Below are positions 1-7,163 of a stretch of DNA of 64,000 nucleotides, piece by piece. The stretch spans positions 16,251-80,250 of the forward strand of contig CAYZXT010000009.1 in assembly GCA_964482515.1 (NCBI GenBank). Direction: 5' to 3'. Position 1 is the stretch's first letter, and each line of letters opens with the position of its first letter. The stretch is from an uncultured Elusimicrobia bacterium. Its GTDB lineage: Bacteria; Elusimicrobiota; Elusimicrobia; FEN-1173. The notes beneath the pieces are model-generated. The model had not been told where the DNA came from. It saw nothing but the letters and a program-made list of their open reading frames with translations, and did not search any database. Both the position numbers and the translations under genes were made by a program.

Positions 1-842
1 TTCTCCGACGGCGTAAAGGGGACTTCCTTGCCGTTCAAGATGGTGGTGGAGACCTGGTCGCGCCGCACGGGCGTGCCGGGGATGGAGAGCACCGTCTTGA
101 TGTGCCTTTTGACGAGGTTGGCCGATTCCGCGGCGATGTCCGCGCGGTCCGCGAAGTCGTCGGCCGTCCGCATCGGGGTCAGCATGTCGTAGGAAAAGAA
201 AGTCTCCGTGGAGATGTTCACGGCGGAGTCGATGTTCAGCCGCTTGCTGGAGGCCCAGACGTATTCCCGGTAATTGTAGCGCCGCAGCTCTTTCTTGGTC
301 CTCTTGTCGCGGCAGACCATCTTGGTGTTGACTTTGTAAAGCTGGACGGTCCGGTTGTTGACCTGGACCAGGGGGCCCGGCCCGTTAATGTCGGTGCGCG
401 ACTGGCACTCGCTCCGCTTCGTGGATTTGGCGGCGCTCTTCGCGGGGACCACCTTCTTCAGCGCCTTCGGGATCGGGCGTTCCGTGAAGGTCTTGGTTTT
501 CGGGTCAAGCCGGAATATCGTTTGCAGGTCGTGGCGGTGGATCTCGATCTGGATCGAGCTGTTCTCCTCAAGTTCGGAAAGGGTCTCGATCCGCTTGTTG
601 CCGCCCTGGAGGCTCCGGGCGATGGTGGTCACGTCGAGCCCGTCCGCGTTGAAGGAGTGCACGCGCGTGATCAGGGAGACGGCCTTGGCCGTGTCCGTGG
701 AGGCGGGGATGTCCGAGAGGTGGACCTGGGCTTCGGCGTCCTGGACGTCGGGGCGTATCCGGGAATGGCAGCCGAGAGCGATAAGAAGCGGCAAAAGGAG
801 CGCGGATGTTCGCGTGAAGAACGGCATGGAACGTTTCTGCAT
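1..842 (-). CDS. Putative lipoprotein of unknown function (C-terminus lies beyond the window start)
   Basis: Manual minus-strand translation from ATG at 842-840 gives MQKRSMPFFTRTSALLLPLLIALGCHSRIRPD..., with a lipobox-like LIALGC. The frame stays open to position 1, so it is missing from the ORF track (no stop in the window). Track ORFs 102..1736(+) and 355..846(+) are antisense to it. Confidence 0.6.
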   Translation of the reverse strand, partial: MQKRSMPFFTRTSALLLPLLIALGCHSRIRPDVQDAEAQVHLSDIPASTDTAKAVSLITRVHSFNADGLDVTTIARSLQGGNKRIETLSELEENSSIQIEIHRHDLQTIFRLDPKTKTFTERPIPKALKKVVPAKSAAKSTKRSECQSRTDINGPGPLVQVNNRTVQLYKVNTKMVCRDKRTKKELRRYNYREYVWASSKRLNIDSAVNISTETFFSYDMLTPMRTADDFADRADIAAESANLVKRHIKTVLSIPGTPVRRDQVSTTILNGKEVPFTPSE

Positions 843-935
843 ATAGGCAGATTATACAACCTTTTCTTTTTCCGCAAGGCCCGGAGGTCCTTTGAAATGC
901 GTGAAATCTCGACTGAAAAAATAAACAAAAACGCG

Positions 936-1193
936 CTATTTCGTGGAGCTCAGCCATTCGCGCATCAGGCGTTTGATCTGCGTCTGGTAGGGCGTGTCCC
1001 GCAAGCGGCAGCGTTCCCGGAAGGTCCGGAGCAAATCCTCCTCCACCTTGAGGCTGATCAGGCGGGTCTTCGCTTTTCCCGGGGCCGCGTGCAACCGGCG
1101 GAACTCGTCGAGGAAAACGGCCACCTGGAACGGCGTCATCTTCCGGCATTGCTCCAGGTATTCCTTGGAAAAATATTGGACGGGCCGCGTCAT
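936..1193 (-). CDS. BrnA/CopG-like ribbon-helix-helix protein (antitoxin-like)
   Basis: This is the C-terminal 85 aa of track ORF 936..1667(-): MTRPVQYFSKEYLEQCRKMTPFQ...TRLISLKVEEDLLRTFRERCRLRDTPYQTQIKRLMREWLSSTK. The tail matches the RHH/BrnA pattern (beta strand, then helices, then YQT.I...L). Its ATG overlaps the upstream stop in an ATGA at 1190-1193. Confidence 0.6.
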   Translation of the reverse strand: MTRPVQYFSKEYLEQCRKMTPFQVAVFLDEFRRLHAAPGKAKTRLISLKVEEDLLRTFRERCRLRDTPYQTQIKRLMREWLSSTK

Positions 1194-1648
1194 AGGCTCT
1201 CCAGCGCCTTGACGTCTTCCAGGTCCTGCGGGCGTCCGGCGGCGCGTTTCATGCGGATCAGATCGGGGACCGACAGCACCGGCAGCGACGCGCCTCCCAA
1301 CGGGAGGCGCATGACGGCCATGGACTTCAGGTCGTGGGTGATGATGACGTCGACCAGCTGCGACGGGTCGCTTGGGTTCACGAAGGACCAGGCGACCATG
1401 TTCCGCCGTTTGACGTACTCCTCGCGGAAATTGAACACGTCGGCGGCGGTCACGGGCAGGCGCGGGCGCAGGTTCAGGGAAGCGAGGGCCTTCTCCGCCG
1501 CCAGGAAGTTGTTCTTCGTCACGAGCAGCACCAGGTCCACGTCCACCGTTCCGCGGACGGCCCCGTGTAGGGCCACGGCGCAGCCGCCGGCGACGGCGTA
1601 TTTGACGCCGAAGCTCTTCAGCGCTTTGTCCAGTTCCAGTAAGAGCAT
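1190..1648 (-). CDS. Nucleotidyltransferase-fold protein (DUF2204/DUF6036-like)
   Basis: MLLLELDKALKSFGVKYAVAGGCAVALHGAVRGTVDVDLVLLV... carries a GG...(x)n...DVDLVL Pol-beta-type NTase signature. The start is taken at ATG 1648-1646; the track starts at a TTG at 1684. Confidence 0.65.
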   Translation of the reverse strand: MLLLELDKALKSFGVKYAVAGGCAVALHGAVRGTVDVDLVLLVTKNNFLAAEKALASLNLRPRLPVTAADVFNFREEYVKRRNMVAWSFVNPSDPSQLVDVIITHDLKSMAVMRLPLGGASLPVLSVPDLIRMKRAAGRPQDLEDVKALESL

Positions 1649-1655
1649 ATATACC

Positions 1656-1684
1656 AGTATATACCACCGGGCCCGGCTTGGCAA
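1656..1684 (-). promoter_or_regulatory. Sigma70-like promoter of the NTase-RHH pair (TTGCCA-17 nt-TATACT)
   Basis: The minus strand reads TTGCCA (1684-1679), a 17-nt spacer, then TATACT (1661-1656). The -10 ends 7 nt before ATG 1648, which implies a leaderless mRNA. The region contains the tandem repeat TGGTATATA-C-TGGTATATA. Confidence 0.45.
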
Positions 1685-1722
1685 GGGGCTTTGGCCGTCG
1701 TCGGAAAATAGGCTTCTGGACC

Positions 1723-1748
1723 GGTGCCGGAGTTGACAGTCTGACCTT
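1723..1748 (+). repeat. Copy 1 of the GT(G/A)CCGGAGTTGACA-N2-3-TGAC motif
   Basis: GGTGCCGGAGTTGACAGTCTGACC. Near-identical strings occur at 22009-22035 and 23142-23167, always just downstream of one gene and upstream of the next + strand cassette. Confidence 0.7.
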
Positions 1749-1784
1749 CTGACATCACATCCGGGTTCTCGCTCCCCGCCCCCG

Positions 1785-1838
1785 AATTCTTCATCCTCCT
1801 TTCAGCGTTTCTTCAGACCCAAGATGTAGTCTCTTCGC
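1785..1838 (+). promoter_or_regulatory. Conserved ORF6N leader, copy L1
   Basis: AATTCTTCATCCTCCTTTCAGCGTTTCTTCAGACCCAAGATGTAGTCTCTTCGC abuts ATG 1839. It aligns with 24249-24303 and 26288-26344 over the shared blocks TCTTCATCC, TTCTTCAGA and A(A/G)A(A/T)GTA. Confidence 0.7.
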
Positions 1839-2375
1839 ATGACGATCCAATCGATCAACGATATCCACCGGATGATTTACCTGATCCGCGGGCGGAAGGT
1901 GATGCTCGACCGCGACTTGGCCGCGCTCTACGGCGTTCCCGTGAAACGGCTGAATGAGCAGGTCCGGCGGAATCGAAAGCGATTTCCGTCCGATTTCAAG
2001 TTTCAGCTCTCAAGGGAAGAGGCGGGTTTTCTAAGGTCGCAAATTGCGACCTTAGAGCCGGGGCGGGGCAAATACAGTAAATATGTGCCGGATGCATTCA
2101 CCGAACATGGGGCCGTCATGTTGGCCAGCGTTTTAAGCAGCCCGCGCGCCATTCAAATGAGTGTTGATGTTGTCCGGGCCTTCATTGAAATGAGGCGAAT
2201 CATTTCTGCAACCCAAGGGTTGGAGGAGAAAATGGCGGCACATGAGAAGAGCATAATTGGCTTAACGAATGACTGCGAAATTTGTTCGAACTTCTCAAGC
2301 CGTTGCTGGAGGCGCCGCCCAAAACACCGGGCACTGTCGGCTTCCGCTAGTTCGGTGCCGGCGTTGATTTATTAA
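1839..2375 (+). CDS. ORF6N (KilA-N-related) DNA-binding domain protein, copy 1; the C-terminal tail appears frameshifted
   Basis: MTIQSINDIHRMIYLIRGRKVMLDRDLAALYGVPVKRLNEQVRRNRKRFPSDFKFQLSREEAGFLRSQIATLEPGRGKYSKYVPDAFTEHGAVMLASVLSSPRAIQ is the classic ORF6N pattern. After about 2279 the +1 frame (NLFELLKPLLEAPPKTPGTVGFR*, stop 2348-2350) matches paralog 2 (MFDLLQPLLDGPTKKPGKIGFG), whereas the annotated frame does not. Confidence 0.8.
   Translation: MTIQSINDIHRMIYLIRGRKVMLDRDLAALYGVPVKRLNEQVRRNRKRFPSDFKFQLSREEAGFLRSQIATLEPGRGKYSKYVPDAFTEHGAVMLASVLSSPRAIQMSVDVVRAFIEMRRIISATQGLEEKMAAHEKSIIGLTNDCEICSNFSSRCWRRRPKHRALSASASSVPALIY
2031..2055. repeat. Perfect 25-nt palindrome inside ORF6N copy 1 (12-bp arms)
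   Basis: CTAAGGTCGCAA-A-TTGCGACCTTAG, checked base by base. It encodes LRSQIATL. Confidence 0.9.
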
Positions 2376-2448
2376 CGGGAATTTTCATGATCTAAGTCAT
2401 CCCCCTTTATTCCCTCAATAGTATGATCCGGCCAAATAGGGGGTTGCC

Positions 2449-3063
2449 ATGAAAAATCGCACGCGGCGGGGCGCTTTAATGGCTTTGTTCCTGTTGGGTT
2501 CCACCGGGTTCTTCCAGGCGGCGTGGGCGGGAGGGGCCGATCCGCGGGTCGCGCTCGCCCTCCTGCTGGGGAAGAAGGATCTAAGCACCGCCGACTGGGG
2601 CGTCGTGCTGGACGAGCATGCTTTAGCCGGTTTCGAGTCGGAGTTCTACCTGCGCCGTTATCCCTTCAACCTGGTGGCGGACTACCGGGTGAGCGACGAC
2701 TCCGCCGTCCTCGGCCTGGGGGTGGAAGCGGACACGCGGGAAATCAGCCTGGGCGTGCGGAAACGCTGGCCGCGGGAGGCGAGCTGGTGGGGCGCGCACC
2801 TTTCCGCGGGGCCGGCCTGGGTGGAGGGCCGCCTGCAAACGGCCCGGTTGAACTTCAGCGGGGCGACAATCAATTCGGTGACCGTGGAAGACAAGGACGC
2901 GGCCCCGGGGGTTTGGCTGGGGAGCGGGGCGGAAGTGTATATCGCCAAGACGGTCTTCCTGGGACTGGATCTGCGGTACAGCTACGCCAAGGTCAAACTG
3001 TTCGGCACGGCCGCGAAAGCCGGCGGAACGAGTTACGCCGTGAAGACGGGGGTCCGGTTCTGA
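2449..3063 (+). CDS. Outer-membrane beta-barrel protein (OmpW/porin-like)
   Basis: It has a signal peptide (MKNRTRRGALMALFLLGSTGFFQAAWA), alternating beta-strand pattern, and a terminal ...YAVKTGVRF with C-terminal Phe. Confidence 0.65.
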   Translation: MKNRTRRGALMALFLLGSTGFFQAAWAGGADPRVALALLLGKKDLSTADWGVVLDEHALAGFESEFYLRRYPFNLVADYRVSDDSAVLGLGVEADTREISLGVRKRWPREASWWGAHLSAGPAWVEGRLQTARLNFSGATINSVTVEDKDAAPGVWLGSGAEVYIAKTVFLGLDLRYSYAKVKLFGTAAKAGGTSYAVKTGVRF

Positions 3064-3077
3064 CGCGGTCCGGGAAA

Positions 3078-3115
3078 TAAAAAACGGCGGCCGACCGCTC
3101 CGCCGTCTTTTCTTT
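3078..3115. terminator. Bidirectional intrinsic terminator
   Basis: AATAAAAA-ACGGCGG-ccgaccgct-CCGCCGT-CTTTTCTTT lies between convergent genes 2449..3063(+) and 3133..4569(-). Confidence 0.7.
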
Positions 3116-3132
3116 GTGTGAGCGAGGGGATG

Positions 3133-4569
3133 TTATTTCGACGGGGGAGCCTCCGCCGGGACGCTTGTTCCCGACGGCGATGACCCCGTCTTCGGGGCCG
3201 TGGACAGCGCCGCCAATATCCGTTTCTGCGCCGCGGCCGCTTCCTGGGTGCTCACGCCTTCCAGCCCGACGCGGCATTCCCGCAGCGCCGTTTCGTAATC
3301 GCCCAGCCCCTCGTAGGACAGTCCCTTCTGGAAATGGAAATAGGCGATGTCCTTCCGCAGCTCCTCCACCCGCTTGGCCTTGTCCGCCGAAGATGCGTCT
3401 TTTTCCAGGGCGTCCTGGGCGGCGTTGAAGTCCGCGGTGACGATCTTGATCAGGGAATCGTAGCTGTCGATGGCGGACTGGAAATTCTTGTCGTGGAACT
3501 GCGCCAGCGCCAGTCCCTTCCGCACGTCGAACATGTTGGGGTTCCTCGTCAGGGCCTTCTCGAACTCCACGCTCGCTTCGGTGAAATGCCCGAGCATCAG
3601 GTGGGCATGCCCCAGCTTGGCCTGGAGGGCTTCCTTGTTCAGGAAAGTTTTGGAGATTTCGACCTGGAGGAGCTCGATCGCCTTCGTCGCGTCCTTCTTC
3701 GCCTCCTCGGTCTTTCCGAGGGCGGCGTAGATCTGGGCCTCCTTGAAAAGGATGTCGCTGTTGTTCGGGGCGAGGGCCACGGCCTGTTTGATGCTGTTGA
3801 GCGCCTCGGCGTTGTTCCCCTGCTGCTGATAGATCAGCGTGAGGTCCAGGTGAGCGTCCACGACGACGGGCGATCCGGTGTAGTTGGAGGCGACATCTTT
3901 GTATATAGGTACGGCTTTGTCCGACTGGCCGGAAAGCCGCAGTCCCTTCGCTTGGGCGTAGCGGCACCTGGCCGTGTCGGCGAGGCTCACGGACGCGGAC
4001 CAGGCGAAATCCAGCAGGCGCTGGGCCGCCTCGTATTTCCCCAGGGCGACGCCCTCTTCGCCCGCGGCCAGGAGGTCCGCCGAGAGTTTGGAAAGCATCT
4101 TGTCGATTTCCGCGCCGAGGGATTCGTTGCCCGCGAGAAGCTTCTTCATGTCCTTGGCCTGGGCGATGACATCGCCGTACTTTTTGGCTTCGATCAGGTC
4201 CTGGGACAGCTGCAGCTGGGCCGCCACCATCAGTTTGGCGGCGGGGCCGGCGGAGGGCGTGTCGTGGAATTCGTTCAGGACGGCCTGGGCTTTGTCCCTG
4301 GCGGCGGCGAAATCGCCCGCGTCCAGGGTCAGCTTGGCCTGGGACAGCGTAAGAGCGGCCATGCCTTCGCGCCCTTCCTTGACCAGGGCGGGCTCGCGGG
4401 CGGGGTCCTTCTCCATGAGCTCTTTATAGATTTGTTTGGCGTCCTCCACCTTGCCCGCGGCGGCGAGTTTCTCGGCTTTCTTGGCTTTGGAGCTGAGCTC
4501 CGCCCGGGCGGCGGGGACGATCAAGGCGAACAGCATGACGAGGGCGAGCGACTTTTTCAAACCGGGCAT
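3133..4569 (-). CDS. Exported TPR-repeat protein
   Basis: It has a signal peptide (MPGLKKSLALVMLFALIVPAARA). Repeated A/L/Y-rich TPR-like helices run throughout, e.g. GNNAEALNSIKQAVALAPNNSDILFKEAQIYAALGKTEEAKKD. Confidence 0.75.
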   Translation of the reverse strand: MPGLKKSLALVMLFALIVPAARAELSSKAKKAEKLAAAGKVEDAKQIYKELMEKDPAREPALVKEGREGMAALTLSQAKLTLDAGDFAAARDKAQAVLNEFHDTPSAGPAAKLMVAAQLQLSQDLIEAKKYGDVIAQAKDMKKLLAGNESLGAEIDKMLSKLSADLLAAGEEGVALGKYEAAQRLLDFAWSASVSLADTARCRYAQAKGLRLSGQSDKAVPIYKDVASNYTGSPVVVDAHLDLTLIYQQQGNNAEALNSIKQAVALAPNNSDILFKEAQIYAALGKTEEAKKDATKAIELLQVEISKTFLNKEALQAKLGHAHLMLGHFTEASVEFEKALTRNPNMFDVRKGLALAQFHDKNFQSAIDSYDSLIKIVTADFNAAQDALEKDASSADKAKRVEELRKDIAYFHFQKGLSYEGLGDYETALRECRVGLEGVSTQEAAAAQKRILAALSTAPKTGSSPSGTSVPAEAPPSK

Positions 4570-4772
4570 AGATCCTCCTGAAAATATGTGTGATTATGCC
4601 CAAGGATAACCGCCCATGGCCCAAGATGCAAGGCCAAAAAAGGGGGGTGGCGGGCCTCCACAATAATACCCTTTTTCCGTCTGAAAATGCTATCCTCCTG
4701 CTTCCCCGAAGAGCAACGAACTCAATCTAAAATCCAATTTTCGCAGCGGACTTTCTGAAGGATCGGTGAATT

Positions 4773-5738
4773 ATGAGCGCTTCAATTACGGTCATCATGC
4801 CGACGCACAACAACGCCCCCTATCTGGCCGAAGCCGTCGAATCGGCCGCCAGCCAGGGCGTGCCCGGACTGAAGATCATCATCGTCGACGACGGGTCGAC
4901 GGACGATACGCCCCGGGTCGCGGCCGAACTGGTCAAGAAACACGGGCCGGCGACGGTCCATTACCTCCGCAAGGAACAGGGGGGCGTGGCGGCCGCGCGA
5001 AACAGCGCGAGGGCCTTCTGCGACGGGAAATACGTGGCCTTCCTGGACGGGGACGATGTTTGGCTGCCGGGGTCCCTCCGGGTGCGGATCGATTTTTTGG
5101 AAAAAACCCCCGAGGCCGGGTTGGTTTGCGCGGACGCCGAGACGTTCAACGAGAGAGGGATAATCGACGCCTCTTTCTTTGAATCCCGGAAGAGGTTCCG
5201 GAGTTTCGCGGAAGCGGGATTCAAGATCCTCGACATCTTCAACCACATCGTCAGGGTCTGTTTCGTCCTGACCTCGACCGTCGTGGTCCGCCGGGAATGC
5301 CTGGACGCCGTCGGCTGGTTCGATGAATCGCTCAAGGTGGGGGAAGACAAGGAGATGTATTTCAGGATCGCGCGGAAGTTCCGCATCATGGGCCTGCCGG
5401 AGAAAGTCGTGCGGCGGCGCATCCACGGACATAACCTGACCGCCGACCAGGTGCTGTCGCGCACGACCTATGTCGGACTGGTGGAGATGATCCGGAAGAA
5501 GGACCCTGCTTTCTACGAAGAGAACCGGACAAGGTTCCGCCACTGGCTCGGGGCGTTGCACCACGAGTTGGGCTACCAGATGCTGGGAAAGCGCCGTTTC
5601 GCGGAAGCGGCGTCGCGGCAGATCCAGAGCCTTTATTTCCGCCCGTCGGGCCGCGCCGCCTATTATTTAGGCGTGAGCATGGTGGGCCTCCTCGCCGGCG
5701 GAAACATCCTGGAGCGGTTTAGAGTCAGGCCCAATTGA
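4773..5738 (+). CDS. Family 2 glycosyltransferase
   Basis: SITVIMPTHNNAPYLAEAVESAASQGVPGLKIIIVDDGSTDDT...AARNSARAFCDGKYVAFLDGDDVW carries the GT2 DxD and nucleotide-sugar-binding motifs. Confidence 0.85.
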   Translation: MSASITVIMPTHNNAPYLAEAVESAASQGVPGLKIIIVDDGSTDDTPRVAAELVKKHGPATVHYLRKEQGGVAAARNSARAFCDGKYVAFLDGDDVWLPGSLRVRIDFLEKTPEAGLVCADAETFNERGIIDASFFESRKRFRSFAEAGFKILDIFNHIVRVCFVLTSTVVVRRECLDAVGWFDESLKVGEDKEMYFRIARKFRIMGLPEKVVRRRIHGHNLTADQVLSRTTYVGLVEMIRKKDPAFYEENRTRFRHWLGALHHELGYQMLGKRRFAEAASRQIQSLYFRPSGRAAYYLGVSMVGLLAGGNILERFRVRPN

Positions 5739-5780
5739 TCCGCCCCGCCCGAGACGGCGGAAAACGGCGGCGATTTAAAT

Positions 5781-5817
5781 AAAAAGACGGCGGTCGCGCT
5801 GACCCGCCGTCTTTTTG
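5781..5817. terminator. Bidirectional intrinsic terminator
   Basis: AAAAA-GACGGCGG-tcgcgctgac-CCGCCGTC-TTTTTG lies between convergent 4773..5738(+) and 5835..6410(-). Confidence 0.75.
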
Positions 5818-5834
5818 TCCGCTCGGAGAATCTT

Positions 5835-6410
5835 TTATTCGAAGCTGACCTTGGGCGCGGCCTTGGCCGTTTCCTCCGCCTCGAAGTAGGCGTCGGATTT
5901 CTCAAAGCCGGCGATGCCGGCGATGACGTTGGTCGGGAAGCGCCGCACCGTCACGTTATAGTCGCGGATGACCTGGTTGTAGCGCCGGCGCTCCACGGCG
6001 ATGCGGTTCTCGGTGCCCGCCAGCTCGTCCTGCAGCCGGAGGAAGTTCTCGTTGGCCTTCAGGTCCGGGTAGCGCTCCACCACGATCATGAGGCGGGACA
6101 GCGCGCCTTCCAGTCCCTGGGCGGCCTGGATCTTCGCCTGGGGGGTCTTGGCTTCGCCCCACTGGCTGCGCAGCCGCGTGACTTCCGTCAGGACTTCCTG
6201 TTCATGCTTCGCGTAGCCCTTCACCGTGTTGACCAGGTTCGGGATCAGGTCGTAGCGCCGCTGCAGGACGTTCTCCATCTGCGCCCAGGACTCGGGCACC
6301 GCTTCGTTGAGCGTCACCAGCCGGTTGTATCCCGAAACGCCGCAGCCTCCCAGCAAAACCAGAACGAACAGAATCGATCCCAGGACGATCCAAGACTTCT
6401 TCATTTTCAT
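5835..6410 (-). CDS. lemA: LemA family protein
   Basis: It has an N-terminal anchor followed by GYNRLVTLNEAVPESWAQMENVLQRRYDLIPNLVNTVKGYAKHEQEVLTEVTRLRS...RYPDLKANENFLRLQDELAGTENRIAVERRRYN. Confidence 0.9.
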   Translation of the reverse strand: MKMKKSWIVLGSILFVLVLLGGCGVSGYNRLVTLNEAVPESWAQMENVLQRRYDLIPNLVNTVKGYAKHEQEVLTEVTRLRSQWGEAKTPQAKIQAAQGLEGALSRLMIVVERYPDLKANENFLRLQDELAGTENRIAVERRRYNQVIRDYNVTVRRFPTNVIAGIAGFEKSDAYFEAEETAKAAPKVSFE

Positions 6411-6422
6411 TTCCTCCGTAAT

Positions 6423-7139
6423 TTAGTTGGTCCGGCCCACCCAGGCGTCCACCGCGTCAACCACCGTTTCCACGGACTTCAGGTAGCGGGCGAACAGCCC
6501 GAGGGCGTCCAGCCCCTTGTCTTTCTTGCCTTGCCTCATTTCATCAATCAGGCGAAATACTTCGTCGTCGAATTCGACGCGCTTCCTCAGCTCCGCCAGC
6601 GCTTCCAGTTTCTTGGCCGGGGGCGTTCCGCCGTGCAGCCGCAGCGCGGCGCGGAACAGCACCAGGAACGTGGAGAGGGAATTCATCAAAAGTTCGCGGA
6701 CCTTGTCTTCCTTGCCCTCCGTCAGGAGGAAGCGCTCCCGCAGCTGCAGCAGCTTGCCCTTGAGCTCGTGCTCCAGCTCGGCACGGAGATGTGCCGGGTT
6801 GATCACGGTGTCGGCCAGCGGATCTTCGCCGAAGAGAATGCGCCGCGTGTCGCGGATGTCGGCCAGCTCGATGGGGAACACGTCCGCCGACGCCCTGAGC
6901 CGGTCCCGGGTGAAGAGCAGGGGCGGCGGGTTGCCGTCCTTGGCCCAGCGGGCCGCGACCTTGGTGATGGACGTCAGCTCCTCCATGCCGAGCTTGTTGA
7001 GCACCGCGAGGATGTTGAAGTTGGACTTCCCGGCCACGTGGTCGCCCGCGGCCGCCGATCCGTACAACACCACGGACCGCAGATTGTTTCCGGCGGCGGC
7101 CCGCAGTTGCTCTGAAAGTTCTTCCGGCGTAAGCGTCAT
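6423..7139 (-). CDS. Nucleotidyltransferase-domain protein with substituted catalytic acidic pair
   Basis: VVLYGSAAAGDHVAGKSNFNILAVL fits the G-S-x11 pattern, but it is followed by N-F-N where Pol-beta NTases have D-x-D. A helical C-terminal domain follows. Confidence 0.6.
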   Translation of the reverse strand: MTLTPEELSEQLRAAAGNNLRSVVLYGSAAAGDHVAGKSNFNILAVLNKLGMEELTSITKVAARWAKDGNPPPLLFTRDRLRASADVFPIELADIRDTRRILFGEDPLADTVINPAHLRAELEHELKGKLLQLRERFLLTEGKEDKVRELLMNSLSTFLVLFRAALRLHGGTPPAKKLEALAELRKRVEFDDEVFRLIDEMRQGKKDKGLDALGLFARYLKSVETVVDAVDAWVGRTN

Positions 7140-7163
7140 CGTCTATCCTCCATGAATAAAATC

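Noticed and set aside
102-1736. 544-aa + strand ORF, with companions 355..846(+) and 568..1149(-)
   Set aside because: The composition is Arg/Gly/Pro/Ala/Val-rich and family-less. It lies antisense to three well-supported minus-strand genes (lipoprotein, RHH protein, NTase). This is a typical shadow ORF in GC-rich DNA.
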